Shown one piece after another: positions 34,669 through 49,156 of a stretch of DNA of 64,000 nucleotides. The DNA is from Octopus sinensis. Taxonomy: Eukaryota. The translations under genes and the position numbers were made by a program. The notes under the pieces were generated by a model. The model did no database searches, had not been told where the DNA came from, and saw only the letters and a program-made list of their open reading frames with translations. The stretch lies in NCBI RefSeq assembly GCF_006345805.1, contig NC_043009.1, forward strand, positions 38,564,001 to 38,628,000, given 5' to 3'. Position 1 is the first letter of the stretch; every line of letters starts with the position of its first letter.

Positions 34669-34779
34669 GGTGGTCAACAAAAACTACCATCCTCACCAAG
34701 CAGGTTCGATAGGGTTACCACTTCAGCCGCCGACGCCCCAATCATGCGTTGGGCTCTTCTTGGATGTATGCTACCGGTA
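34669..34779 (+). CDS. Candidate exon (97 or 111 nt)
   Basis: Strong acceptor ttttgttttttgctctgcag, locally GC-richer DNA, donors GAT|gtatgc (34765) or GTA|gtatgt (34779), two open frames. No homology recognised. Confidence 0.3.
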
Positions 34780-34975
34780 GTATGTAGGGTGTCTTCACAC
34801 ACACACACATATCATATTATATATATACATGTATAAATCAGAAATGGAAAACAATACAAATTACATGAAATACGTAAGCAAACGAGTTAAATACGTAAAC
34901 AACTAGAAATAATGGAAAAGAAAACCAAGCGAAAAAAAACATGGAAGGTCATTAGACCAGAGCGATACACACACA

Positions 34976-35024
<49 letters not shown>

Positions 35025-35072
35025 CACACATCTTTTCTCTCCTTGTTTCTGTCCTTGTTTTTTTCTGTGTCC

Positions 35073-35108
35073 CTTTCTGTAGAAGAGCGTAGGTTCGAAG
35101 CGTAAAAG
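35073..35108 (+). ncRNA. Degenerate hammerhead-like motif (CUGUAGA core) in a PLE-like tail (~35030-35197)
   Basis: cttt CTGTAGA A GAGC gtag GTTC GAAG CGT A AAAG; same family as 8520-8554. GAAA is mutated to GAAG. Confidence 0.35.
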
Positions 35109-35197
35109 ACTTTTTCTATTCCTGAGCGTTATACTAATACATCTGTTTGTTTTATACACCACCTGTCTTCGTCTTTTGTTTTTTCGTGAACTCTCCC

Positions 35198-35229
<32 letters not shown>

Positions 35230-35479
35230 CTATGTATACAAAATGCCGCGCAGTGTGACTGAACCCCAAACCATGTGGTTGGAAAGCAAATTTCTTACCA
35301 CGCACCCATGCCTGTACCTCTTGTGCAAAAATTGAACTGCTATTCACATTATTTTTTTCTGTAAACTTATTAAGAAAAAGTAATGCTAAACAATGCTTTA
35401 GGCAAAAATATAGTTTCTTTAGACGTTTTTCTGAAATTTTTATCTCGCTTAAAGGCTGTCTACTAAGAATGTATCCCGT

Positions 35480-35536
<57 letters not shown>

Positions 35537-36065
35537 GGAGAGACAGAGAAAGAAAGGGGTAATGTAGACGGATGTCAGTATGTGTTGGTTTGTAATTGTA
35601 TTCAGAAATGGTATAATAGAAACGAGACGAACGATCTTTTGTCAATATTTTGATATTGGTCTTCAATCTACAATTAAAAATACGATTGAAATGTGATTAT
35701 TCTAATACAGACTGACACCATCAAATATTTATTTCAGTCCATAGACACAAGTCCAGATATTTCGAGAGAGGAAATTCTAGTTGATTAATATCAATCCTGG
35801 TATTTACTTGATTGGTAGTCAATAGGTTGAAACGTAAAGTTTACCACAGTGGGATTTTGAACTCAGAACATAAGTTGTCGGAACTAATAACGTAATAAGA
35901 GGAATTTCCGTCGAATTTTATAATGATTCTCTTAATCCGTTGCCCATGACACCATTTAACGATGCAGGCTCCTTTAAGTAAGTACTACCTCGAGTTCTGA
36001 AAGTCATAGAGCCGGTTAACCGGTTACAATGATATATATAAATGCATACTTATCTATCTACCTAT

Positions 36066-36440
36066 ATTGGAGTGGCTGTGTGGTAAGAAGCTTGCTTCCC
36101 AACCACTGGCTTCAGGGTTCTGTCCCACTGCGTGTCACCATGGGCAAGTGTCTTCTACTATAGCCTTGAGCTGACCAAAGCCTTGTGGTAGACGGAAGCT
36201 GAAAGATATGAGGGTATGTCTGTGTGTTTGTGTTTGTACTCCACCACTGCTTGACAACCAATGTCGGTGTGTTTACGTCCCCGTAAAATAGCAGTTCGGC
36301 AAGAAAGACCGATAAAATATCTGCTAGGCTTAAAAAATAAAATGAAAAATCTACTGTAGTCGATTCATTTGACTGAAATTGTTCAAGGCAGTGCCCCAGC
36401 AAGGCTGCAGTCTACTGACTGAAACATGTAAAAATAAAAG
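36066..36440 (+). mobile_element. SINE1 copy
   Basis: Head GGAGTGGCTGTGTGGTAAG, tail CAGTCTACTGACTGAAAC. Confidence 0.8.
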
Positions 36441-36466
36441 AATATATATATGAACACACACACACA

Positions 36467-36508
<42 letters not shown>

Positions 36509-36899
36509 ACACACACATATGTTTACAGATATAGATAGATAGATAGCGAAATTAATAGAATGATAGCTTGATAGATATGTATGCATATGTATTTCTATCT
36601 GCGGCCGTTTGTATTTATGCAGAACATTGTAGTTCTGTTTTATGCATGTCTATACCAGGGAATTTATAATTCAATGGCATCTTTGTGCGTTTAGTCATTT
36701 AGATCCAACGTACAAGTTTACAGTGTACTGGCTCCATAGGGGGTCATGTTTGTCATCCTTCTGTTGTCATGGTTTGTGGCCTTGTTCTATAGACTTATTT
36801 CTCACTCTAGTTTCAGTTGGTGTGTTATCTTCATCATAAAAGTCCTCTGTCATATGTTTAATCGCTTTTATCATTCATAAAGACACCAAACAACTTGAA

Positions 36900-38300
36900 A
36901 CGTATATAGTTCCACATAGCGCCCTCCATTCATCGCAACTGAGTGCCAAGCTCACCTGCTGCTCACACCAAGCACTCCTCAAGATGTAATTTGCCTTAAC
37001 TGTACATAACCACAGGGTACTCGAGACCAACCACGTTTCTCTTATTTTTTCCCTTCCACTTCACACATTCATGTCGGCTGCCCAATTTTAAGCTCCATCC
37101 TACTATCTTGTTTTGACAAATGCTACTTTCAACTGCTTGTAACTCTTTTCTTATTACTCACATGTTTTATTTTGGGTGTCTGTAGCAGCCGATGAAAAAA
37201 AACCTGAATCGAAAATATATAGTGTGTTATTGGCCAACTTTCAATGGTGTAAGCAATTTAAAGTCAAGCCAATTGGGACATGCATATTTTCGTGGCCAAA
37301 GAAAGCGCTAATGCTTTAAACTGCTAGTATACTTCTAAACTAGAGAAGTTGGGTTATTGACTTCTCGTGAGATATTCTTGTCATTAGAAACAGTGCCCGG
37401 AGGGAAAGCGATGTGGTCTATAACTGTCAAACTTGTTGTCATCTTACAGAATAGAATATCCTCAAGTGATTTCGGTTCGATAGATATAGCAACCGTAGTT
37501 CTTGCTCGACATTCTGGTGTCATTGTGCATACACGCAATAACAATTACTTCTGCTTCATGCGGACTGATAATTGAACTATTTTGTGAAATCTACTTCTTA
37601 CTGTATTGGATTCTGTGGAATTTGCATCTATTTTGTCTCTGATATGAAATCCACAAATTCATTAGAAGGACTCAATTCACTTAACCTAATTGACTCACTT
37701 CTAATATCTCTGACATAATAGAAGTAAGTAATAACAACAACATCTTCCGAAACTTTCAAACGCTCTCTCATTAATGTTTACCAGTACAGTTTGCGTAAAG
37801 TCAGCTCCACTGGTTACCTACTCTCTTTCATCATCTACCACAATATCTCTTGCCCCGGAGTAATTTGGTAAAAGCAAAGTTGGCGCCCTGAACTGAAGCA
37901 AAGCTTTCTATCGTGTCTCACATACATATCGCCTATCAAAATTCATGGATTCTTTCCGTCTTTCATCTCTCTTGGATTGGAAGCTTCCTATCAGATCATA
38001 CAGCTGCTGCGTATTGACAAAGCTCTTTCTATTCCAAATTTTATCATCCCTGGCCTACTCATGGTTGGGTTTTGTTAACCACTTCCTCCTAAGTTTCAAT
38101 GACTCGCTTGTCTACTTGTACAATAATCCCCGCTGTTATACAAGCGACGCCAATCTTCATTCCTTAGCTGTGCATCATTTACTCGCAACCTAAATATCAT
38201 ATACTGACTCCATGGATTGAGAACTCGAATGTACCGTCCAATGAGGGCGCATCCTTCACCAGCAAGAAGGCACTTATTCTACTGATACCAACAAAGCATT
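36900..38300 (-). pseudogene. Heavily decayed RTE-like LINE ORF remnant
   Basis: Minus-strand peptide traces (…EKAL/F…ILW*MMKE; IRKELQAVESSI…; EVEGKK*EKRG; DEWRALCG) lie in the order expected for an RTE RT and C-terminus. Many stops; aligned by eye only. Confidence 0.4.
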
Positions 38301-39999
38301 TTCGCACCACATCCACTTTCATGACGAACAGCATTCAGGTTTTAATTATTTCTTCATCACTTGTCTGTCAGTGGTCTATAAACTGCTATCGAAGCTATCA
38401 TACGACATGAAAAGTTTCAAAAGTGACCGTAATTATTGAGAGTCGAATGTGTGTACGCCTTCACCCTTCGGGACAATCGACCGACCGTTTGTTAATTTGG
38501 TACAGTATGATGTTAAGCTATAAAAAGAGAACATTTCATGCTTATGGATAGATTACAAGAAGGGTTCTGATTCGATCTTACGTAACTACTTTATCAAAAA
38601 AATCAAAGTACATCAATGAAGACAACGAAGAAGACAAATTCTTGTGGTCACTATAATAACTTTATGAATAAGCGATAACTTTACGGGAATATTTACTGAG
38701 GTGTAAAGGAACAGTACATTTGGTCTTCATTTCATTGTTACTTAGTTTCAAGGTGGCTAATAAAGGATTGAATTTAGAATGGTATATAGGCGGACGGATG
38801 ATAAAATTTAACTATTATCTCCTCCCGACGTATGACCTAAAATTCTATGCTACACACAGTGCATAGATTGAGGGTTTCTTTAGTATTGTCAAACAGTTAT
38901 TAGTAAGCATGTTAAATTGATGTTTATTCTAAGGAGTGCAAGAAACCGAGGTACACTGACGTGTAAAGAAGTTAATTTGGGGCTCCAGTTAGATTAAGTA
39001 ATACAACTGGACGATTCCGCATTCTTCAAATACTTGAACATATAGATGGGAGTAGGACCCAGTGTGTGAAAGGAATCCGAACGGAGTGGAAAAGCGAATA
39101 TAGTGACAGTCCAAAAAATTACTACAACTTATTTCGATGCACAATCTCTGTGCTATCATTTACAATGCTAAATGTAATGAAAATGGGTAGGTGATAATGT
39201 ACTGGCGAGGAACAGAAATAAACACTGTAGAATGTGAAACAAGAAATGTTTTTTTAAATATATTTCCTTTTACATAATGACTCTGACATCGAACGACGGT
39301 ATATCACTAGAAAAGAAGGCCGAAAGACAATTGAATTAACCCTTCATGTTCTGGGTTAAAACTCTGTCAATTTCAACTTTGCTTATTATCGCTCCAGGGT
39401 CGATTAAATGGAAATACTAGTCAAAGATTGGTATCGATGTTAACGACCAACAACCTCCACTAATATTTCGGTCCTTGTGTCTTTAATACAGAAAATAATC
39501 ATTAATTATATTTTCTATAATACTATTGGAAACAAACCTTTCGCTTTTGATTTATTTTGATGGTAAACATAGATGAATAAAGATCGGTAGTCTGATTTCT
39601 TCGTTCCTTCTCACTCTTTTAGTTGACTAGTAGATAAAACAAACTGCACAATAATCACGTGTAAGATTGTTAAACTGTTTATTATCACCGAGGATCTATT
39701 CAAACTGTGAAAGTAATGAGAGATGACGAACGAAACGTGTCTCCCGGAAGACATCTTAGATCTGTAACAAAGTATCCATGTCATATTAAATATCTTAGGA
39801 AAACGTTTGAAAGACGATTTAGATGGCGAAGAAAAGATGGAATATTATTACAAGTAATATAAAGGTTAATCCAAAGTAGATTAAAGGTTTCATTGTCGAC
39901 GAAAGAATTGTTATAGTAAGTTAACTCTAAATGTCTGATGAGTGACATTTATCAAGCACAAACCGACGACTTAGAACTTGGTTGAACGAAGAAGTTGTA

Positions 40000-40620
40000 T
40001 TATAGTGACATACAATATAATGGAGAACAGAAAATAATGGGCGACAGGTTTTTGATTTCATGGAAGATAATAATTTGTGATGGGTGTCACAGAGAACGAT
40101 ATGTTAGAGATCCAGTTTGCGATATGAGTCACAGAAAGATTTGCTTGGATACGAGTGAAAAAGATGACAGTATACACAACGGTGGAGTGGACGAGATATT
40201 AGAGAGATGAATTAGTGACAGGCGGAGGAAAGAGAGGGCATTTGTTATGCTCCTCAGATAGTATCTCTTAATTTGAGGGAAACATTTGACATGAACTGAG
40301 AGAAAGATCATAGAAAGGACATAGAAATACGCTCTAGAATCGAATTTTTCAAAACAGTTAAGAAAAGAAAAAGACAGGAAGAGGGTATCAGATAAGGTTG
40401 GATAGTTTTCTGTATAGAAGCCAGTAAGTATTATTGTTGGTTGATAGTGTTATAGTATCTGCTTGGGTGCAGAGTGTCATGAGCTTAAATGGTAGCAGTT
40501 ATGGATGGAATTCAAAGAACTTAATTCACATTGTTAGCAGGGAGTGCAGGGTTTTATTTCGAGAGGTAGTAGAGCTGTCAATCGTAAATCACATTAGAAA
40601 GAATATTACTGCGTAAGATG
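40000..40620 (-). pseudogene. Heavily decayed non-LTR RT remnant
   Basis: Traces resembling YRPISLL..FSK.FEK, RSITNAL and SK..F.SV.H occur in the correct order on the minus strand. Confidence 0.4.
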
Positions 40621-40742
40621 TATGTAAAATTGAAAAATGAACAAAGATACACTTATGCTGAAACACGGTTTGAAGTATATATTTTCTACAATCAAGGAAA
40701 TGTATGAGACTAGATGAGAATATTACAGAATGACATAATCTA

Positions 40743-41308
40743 TTGGGTTGTCCGGAAAGTTCGTGCCGATTTATAGTAGCTTACCGTTCGACTTATTTTA
40801 GAACATGATTGAGTCCATAAAATGGGATTTGATTACACCTCGATTTAGAGCACAGTTTAAGCTATCTTTTCGTGGAAGAAGGATTATGTTCCTATAACAT
40901 GTGTTAATTCTGTAACCCTTTAAAATGGAAGATAAGAAAGTTCATTTTCGGCACTTGATGCTTTGGGAACCAGACAAAAATTGCTGCAGCTCGGCTGGAA
41001 TGTGTTACTCCACCCTCCATATTCACTAGATATTGCTCCTTCGGATTTCCACTTATTCAGGTCTCTGCAGGATAGTCTTAATAGTAAAAATTTCAATTCC
41101 TTGGATGACGTAAAAAGATGCGTTGATGAATTCTTTGCCATGAAACCACCTCAATTTTGGGAAGTGGGTATTTTTAAGTTAAAGGAAAGATGGAGACGCA
41201 TTGTGCAAGAAAATGTTTCATATTTGCTTCATTTAAAATGTAATGACAAGTATTTATTGACCTTTTTCTTTCCTTTAAAAATCGGCAAGACCTTTCCGGA
41301 CAGCCCAA
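40743..41308 (+). mobile_element. Mariner non-autonomous deletion derivative (copy 1)
   Basis: ~30-bp TIR TTGGGTTGTCCGGAAAGTTCGTGCCGATTT and TA TSDs. MEDKKVHFRHLMLWE is fused to …LHPPYSLDIAPSDFHLFRSLQ… (YSPDLAP-D motif). Confidence 0.92.
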
Positions 41309-41397
41309 TACATTATGAAAACATAAAATTTAGATATTAGAAAAGATGTTACGTAATTAGTTCTTATTCTTAATATGTGGTGGTGGTGGTGGTGGTA

Positions 41398-41548
41398 ATG
41401 CGGTGAGCTGGCAGATTGGTTAGCACGCTGAGAAAATTGTCCTGAGTTCAAATTCAGCCGATAAAATAAGTACCCGTTGAACACTGGGATCGATGTAATC
41501 GACTTAGCCTCTCCCCAAACCTGACGGTCTAGTACTAAAATTTGAAAC
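41398..41548 (+). mobile_element. SINE2b with internal deletion
   Basis: GCGGTGAGCTGGCAGA…TGAGTTCAAATTC…GATAAAATAAGTACC…GATGTAATCGACTTAGCC. Confidence 0.7.
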
Positions 41549-44500
41549 TAATATGTTGGGCTGGTTGTGGACAATAAAAGATTCAATTGTTCGACTATCT
41601 GAATTACCCGCTCTTGAAGTAATGTACAAGTGGGCTGAGTATTCTTCGGACACGTGTACACATAATGTAATTCTGCGGTAGAATAAGCATGACACAGTGT
41701 AACATGACTGCAGATCTCCCATTACATGCACAATCTCCCCAATAAGCTGTTATGAAGTTTCAATCTATTCAATTTCATTTATACATTTGTCCAGGATACC
41801 GCTCAGCAGGAGCTAAGTTAAGATCTCATGATTCAGAAGTGCACTTGTTAAATTTTCGGCCTCAATGTGCTTGTGATATTCTACCTATATTAATCAAAAT
41901 AAATAATACGCCAGAAGCAGTATATTCATTTGATGTTATCTAACCCTTATTAATACATTCTAAACCTAAGTTACCATCTTTGTAAAATTGCCTTCGTAAA
42001 TGGAACGCATTAATGTATTTCAGAAATAGTGTAACTTCCCTTAATATTCACTTTGGTAGCCGGATAAAATAATATAAAATCATTAATAAACTAAATTAGA
42101 GCATTAAAATGATTTAGCAATTTGATTGTCTGGTCGATAATTGGCCATATGTTGGTTTAACAACTCTTTGTTTACACGATGCTATAGAAGCTGTTTATTG
42201 ATTGCATTGGAGAAAAACTTCCGACACTCAAGCTCCTTCATTTGTTTAATATCATAACTTTTGTATATTATTTGGGAATATGGAAACTTAACAATCAGCC
42301 ATAAAAATGATTCTTCTTTGTAAAGAAAAAAAAATGTTGGAAATATCCGATGTATTCTGAAGTCAACAGACAGATTGGCGTATTCAGAACAAACATGAAA
42401 GTCAGTATTCTTCTCCTTTCTTTTATAGAAACCATTTTAAACTGCTTATATTCAGTTGAATCGTTAATTAACCCACTATAAAACGGAATTCAATTTTTAT
42501 ATCTACAGCAAAGAAAGATTTGAGGAAGTAAGGAAATCTAAAGGCAGACAAGGGATTAGAACAATGCTTCTGAAATATTCTTTAACTAAACTTACACGTA
42601 CTTTGGGAATTTTTTAATTTTCAGATCTCAAGTTTTTCTTTTTAGGCGGGGCTTTTATCAACTTTTAGCTTGTGACCTTACATAGGCATGATCTCATCTA
42701 GGTGTATAACACTTGCTAATTCGTTTTAAAAGTCTAAATAAACGTTGAAAAATAAATAAAGTAATATGTAATACATCATTGGAGTGGGTGTATAGCTACT
42801 AAACAGATGGATGAACGTTCTCTTTCATTTCCACTTGGCAATATATGGCAAACTAGGTATGTGATGATATGCTAGGTACGTGATGCTTCGATTAATTCAA
42901 TTGACTTAAAGATCATTCTTACTGATTCTGAACTTCTATTAATATAAGAAGTCATACAATGTAGTGAATTGAAAACGCGTTTTGTAATTTGATCGAAGAA
43001 GAAAAGGAAAGCCTTGAGCAATGCAGGTGAGAAGTTAGACAAAAAAGTGTTGTCAATAAATAAGAGAAAAGAGAGAAGATATTTTATTAGCATATATAGG
43101 TTGTTTAATGATTCTATAATATTTCGGGGAAGATTCTCCTTTTCAGACTGAAGAAAGAGTTCGGAAAATTGTATTATAGGATCATTTAAAAATCTATTGA
43201 AGGAAATAAAATATATTGTCTTTTTCTTTTTATTTATTAACGCGATTTTACATATACATTTTCGTTAATTTCTCATCTTCATTTACTCAGCGATACTTTT
43301 AAATATTTATATAACTTACTAAATTGGATGTTCCTTTTAATTTTATGCACAGTTCTTCCAGTGTTAGTAGTTAATGTTATTAGATATTATACAGAAACGA
43401 GAAAAGTCATCTAACTTAAAATAAGCTATCAAATAGAAATAAAAATGTTTCTCAGTCGAATGCAAAATAAGAGTATATAGGCACGAAGCATAAATATAAT
43501 TTGTATATCCTTTAGTGTGCCACTTTCTATACGTGACTGAGCTACAATTATTTAGCATTTTCTAGGTTCACTTACAAACTATATCGAGGGGATGGAAATA
43601 ACTAGTTGCTTCTATGATTTATCTGTGATATTGAGCAATCTGGGTATAATTTATACAAAATGTTAGGCAAGCGTTATTATTAATACGAGAAAGCTGAAGT
43701 GTTAAAGCAGTAGTCATCACATCGAAATGATTGAAAACTGGAATATTGTAAGAAACCTGACATGGAATTATATAGAATCGTGGTAGCATGCATGTATAAA
43801 TGATAAAGGCGACACTATTCTGTTTCTTGCACGTATCTTGCAAAGAAATCTTATTGAATATAGCTATAATAATACATATGCAAATTTAACCAAGCTACAT
43901 ATGCATCATGGTAATATGTCGATTTATAATTTGCAGTAAACTAGCTGAAACGAAATCAGCTAGTAACATGTCCACCAAAACCTATCAAAAAGGAAAGTCG
44001 ACTCTTATAGAGCTTACAGTAACATGTAAAACTAAATGGGATTAGTTTTACATATGGATTTATGAAACAGACCCAGCATGAGACGTGAATTTTGAAAAGT
44101 AGAAGCAAAAATGGCGGATCGTTCGTATACGACAACACCGCCAAGATGGAGTTTTAAATTATCTAACAAAATTTTGGCTACAAACGGAAATAAGATAACA
44201 TGATTAGACTTTTAATATTCTGTCTTCTTCCTTGCAAAATTATGTATAGGTAGTATTGCATAAATTGTAAGGAAAAGTGTTGTATGACTAAAAGATTTAT
44301 AAACCAGCCGTATACCAGTAAATGGAAAATCGAATATGTATTTCGATTCGCACTAACATACATCTACAGCCTAAGAATTAAATCAGTTAAAAATATACAA
44401 GAGTCCTGTTGAGAAAGATAGCTCAACCTACTCTGCATCTGTTGCCTAGTAATGGCGCACTCAATTCCAAACACCACAGGAATGTAAGTAGGAGAATACT

Positions 44501-47444
44501 TGAGATGATAAGAAATTTGCGCAATTCCGTTGCCGTTCTTAAAGCAATATTAAGTATTTATTATTTAAAAAATCAAGCAAACTAGAAATGTTTAACGCAA
44601 CCGATTAAACATCTCAATGTATGGTAGAATTCTTCTTTGTTTGCCAATACATAGTTACTAACAATTATAAGCATTTTTATCAATTTCTCAAGTATAATAC
44701 TAATGTATTATGACAATGTGATTGAAATTTGTATAGAATTACTGAACTTTAGTGAGGAAGTATGTATCGAAGCCTTGAACATCAAAGTAATCTACGATAG
44801 ACTTTGCGAACGTAGATTTTGCACCAAACTGAAATCCGAAGTGATGCGAGTGTATCTTCTAGAGTGGCTTGTAAATCACCTTAGAGGAATAGAATAGCAT
44901 TGTGTTATATCACTTTCAGTCGAAATTTCTGGTTAGTTTTCAACTTATACGCCAGGCACCAATTCAATATTTTCAATATTTCTACAATACTAAATATCTG
45001 GCTCCCTTCTGTTGAAAGATCATAGTCGATCTAGTTAATACCTGCTGTATAAAAAAGGTAATTTAGTCGCTTCAAGCTTAATTAGAGAGGTTGTGAGAAT
45101 GAAAGGTTGGACATATGGCTGGAAGGGAATAATTTAAGTTATCATATTGCAAAGCAATGGTTTCATCTCGGACAAATGCTGGTAAAAGCATGAACATTAT
45201 TTAAGAATGTTTAACCAGTCCATAAAAATAATCTTGATGTGCTTTTGGGTGTAAGTATAGCCAGTAAGATAGCATGGTGAGATCATATATCTATCTATCT
45301 CAGGTAAAGGAAATTTTACATATCGTAAACAAGCTGTTTGCTAAAGGAAGGTAGCGTCACCAAAGCGTGATGTGATACATCAACAATCCATCCTGGAAGA
45401 ACTCTTCTGAGAATATGCTCAGCCAATAAAAGAAAGCTCTCTTCTGTTACTTCCATCAACACCCACACTTGCACAAATGAAACGAATGTTGCTTCTCCCC
45501 TAACCTTCCATTGAACTAGTTACGCTCACAATCCAATCTGCACTGTAGCAGTTCGGAAAAAGAGACCGTTAGAATAAGCACAAGACTAAAAACAATGCCA
45601 CGGGGGGGGGGGTGACTTGCCACAGTTCAATGATTGAAGCAACTAAAAATAAAAGGCAAAAGATAAAAGATATTACATTGGTGTATGCCTTGAGGGATTT
45701 AGTTGTTATTGGAAGCCTCTAAAACGACTGCCTGGCGGCCTCTTCATTGGGTCGAGTACCCACCTCTCTACTTTGTTTCTGAAGGGCTAATAACCGCCTT
45801 TATTTATATTTAGTAATGTAGATAAAATCTGGTTGTTGTATATACATACATAACACACACACATACCCACACACGCATGCGCACAAACACACACACAATG
45901 CACATACAAAACTCACACATACACTCGCATACGCATATATAGATATGTACTTATGTATATAGATGTCTATGTTTACATATTTATACACCCACACGCCCAC
46001 AGACCTGCACACATACATATACACATATACGTATATATCTACATACACTTGTATGTATACATACAAACATATGTATATCTCTACCTTTCTCTCTCCCTCT
46101 CTCTCTCTACACACATAGTTATACACATGTATGTATAAAGCTAATTTTACATATGTAATCTAAAACCACAATCAATATATATATATATCTATACAAAAGA
46201 AGAAAAAAAAGCTTAGAAAACTGTTTTCCTCATCTTCTAGTAGGATTTAAAATATGTTCAATGAAAATTTGCTTCGTCTTATGATTAAAAAAATAGCAAG
46301 TCTCCTAGATTGATAAATGCCAGATTAAAAAGAAAGAAAAATAAAATAAAACAAAAGCGGAAAGAAAAAATGAATAAAACCTCGGATCCGTTTCTGAAGT
46401 TATTCTAGATGCAAGAAATATATCGTTGATTATCTTCTGTAGATTAAAAATAATTCTCCGAAATCATAGGAAAAAGGAGTCGACTTTGAGAATATTTGTT
46501 AGAAGAATGGAATGGCTAGGATTAATGTCAGATAGATCAGAATACAGTGAAAACACTGTATGAAAAAGTGAATATGTGTGTTTGTGTGCATGCGTCGGTA
46601 TCTATGTGCTTGTCTATGAGAGAGAGAGGAGGAGTAAAGAGTGGGAGAAGGGGGGTAAAGAGAGAGAGACAAACAGACACAAAAATGTAAAGGCAAAAAC
46701 ATAAGAGAAAAAAGAAAAGTTCAGACAGTAAGAAATAGGGAGGTTGATTTCTTAGTTCATATAATATGCATACAGTGCGTTGCGTAGGTTCTTGTTCTTA
46801 CCTACCATTTTCACAGGAATCCTATTAGAATTATATACATAATGGTTATCTGAGTTTTATGGAATTGACAGAATTTTACCGGATGGAGAAATATTCAAAG
46901 CAAATACAGAAATAAAGAACAAAAGAAAAGAACTTTTGCTAAAATATCACCCATATAACCTTGCTAAATACCCTTTTCTTGTTCAGTACTTTGTATTCCT
47001 GAAGTAAAAAAAAGCTATGGCATTCTCGTAGCAATACTTTTCGCAAAGTTCACCATATTCAAAATGTACTTTAACTATCCTCATCATCCGTGAAGTATTG
47101 CGTCTGAATAAATCCAGGTGCAAATTCTCCGGTAAGATTCATTCCATAATAAGTGCACACACACACACACACATACATACACAAACACACACATACATAT
47201 ATATACATATATGCATATAAATATGCATATATACACACACATATATATATATGTATATATGTATATTTGGCATTGGAATTTTTTTGCCCTTCTTTATAAG
47301 TTATTTATATGTATATATGTATATATGTATATGTATATATATATATACCTATAAATGCATATACATATATACATACATAAATACACACACGCACATATAT
47401 ATGTATGTATGTATGTATGCATGCGTATATATATAAACATATAC

Positions 47445-47512
<68 letters not shown>

Positions 47513-47720
47513 ATATACATATATATATGCATATAAAAGCATCATTATTTTCCATAGTCCATAGTTCTTTTTCAGTATTACATTTTCTTTTCTTTTACAA
47601 AGACAAAAAGACAAAAAAAAACGTGTTTGTACGTCTCCTGTGTCCAGTGAATACATCCCTACTCGTTGTTATTACTTAAATAAGAAACACATTCTACTGA
47701 ATCACATATCTGAATAATAG

Positions 47721-47849
47721 AAACTGAGAAAAAAATATTGGCTGAGAATGATTTGCAGCGTACTTTCCTTGCTTCAACGAACAAACTGGCATCAGAATTA
47801 AACAAAACAAATCTTTCGATTTTTAACCGAAAAATACGTTTCGCAACTC
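47721..47849 (+). CDS. Candidate 129-nt phase 1-1 exon (alternative acceptor at 47759), xTEKKILAENDLQRTFLASTNKLASELNKTNLSIFNRKIRFATx
   Basis: Donor CTC|gtaagt and an open frame back to an AG at 47719-47720. The acceptor is weak. Confidence 0.2.
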
Positions 47850-48243
47850 GTAAGTATGTTTCGCATGGAACTCTTTGCTGACGCCTTGCAGCTTATACTA
47901 ATTGCTTTGAATACACATTCTGCATTCATTGAAAAAGGGAGCCATGCAACTACCAGGATAGCGTGACAGAAAATATAATATTTTTAACAGTTACATATGC
48001 TTCCTATTGTTGGTGATATTTTTGTCAAAGAATGTCAGTAAGATTTTTTTTAGAAATAAACCGTTTGTTAGAATGCTGGTAGATTTTTAAACAAAATGAG
48101 AAGTGGAAGAGTAGCTAATTTGCTTAAGCCACCGTAAATAATGTCCTACTTGCAAGTAGGAGGTCTTCTGTAATAAAGTTAATGCCTGGAAGTTCGCTGC
48201 AGATTGCTGCTGGGATGAGAACGGATCGGTATGGTTTCCTTAC

Positions 48244-48268
48244 CTGGTTGTGATTAACCCAAAAGTCG
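48244..48268 (-). CDS. Candidate 25-nt microexon (xDFWVNHNQ)
   Basis: Acceptor tatgttacttacag and near-consensus donor CAG|gtaagg. Confidence 0.15.
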
Positions 48269-48509
48269 CTGTAAGTAACATACATTTGATAACGTCATTA
48301 ATTTTAGATAACTTGTATTGCTCCCCCCCCCCCGATCCACTGCACCACCACCACCATCACCACCACCACTACCACAAAGCCAGGACTACAACCGTAGCCG
48401 CCGTCACCATCACAGATTGCAAGGATACTTTAACAGCTTACTGAGTCAATGTAGCACAATATGGATCTTTAATTTATACACATACACATGAACAAGCTGT
48501 AGTTCAGAG

Positions 48510-48557
48510 ATGCACATGCATGCATGTATATTATATATAATATATATAATATATATG

Positions 48558-48595
<38 letters not shown>

Positions 48596-48705
48596 ATATA
48601 TGTATATATATAAGATATGGTATATATATCTAATATATATATATATATATGCTATATATATTATATATATATATAATATGTTATATATATATATATATAG
48701 TATTA

Positions 48706-48749
<44 letters not shown>

Positions 48750-48775
48750 TATTATATATATATATATATTATATT

Positions 48776-48838
<63 letters not shown>

Positions 48839-48847
48839 GTATATATC

Positions 48848-48898
<51 letters not shown>

Positions 48899-48908
48899 AT
48901 ATATGTTC

Positions 48909-48940
<32 letters not shown>

Positions 48941-49124
48941 GATGTATCTATATATATATATATATATATGATATATGTATATATATATCTATATATATAA
49001 TATATATTAATATATATTATATATTATATGTCTATATATATATATATCTATCTATATATATATGTATATATATATATATATGTATATATATCTATATATA
49101 TATATTATATATTATCTATATATT

Positions 49125-49156
<32 letters not shown>

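Noticed and set aside
39934-39965. CTGATGA-GTG…CAC-AAAC
   Set aside because: It lacks G12 and stems I/III, so it is a chance match.
46802-46849. Minus-strand 48-nt candidate exon (xNHYVYNSNRIPVKMVx), plus other AG…GTAAG pairs (e.g. ~13905-13963, ~44450-44483)
   Set aside because: They are AT-rich, have no compositional contrast or homology, and are expected by chance at this frequency.
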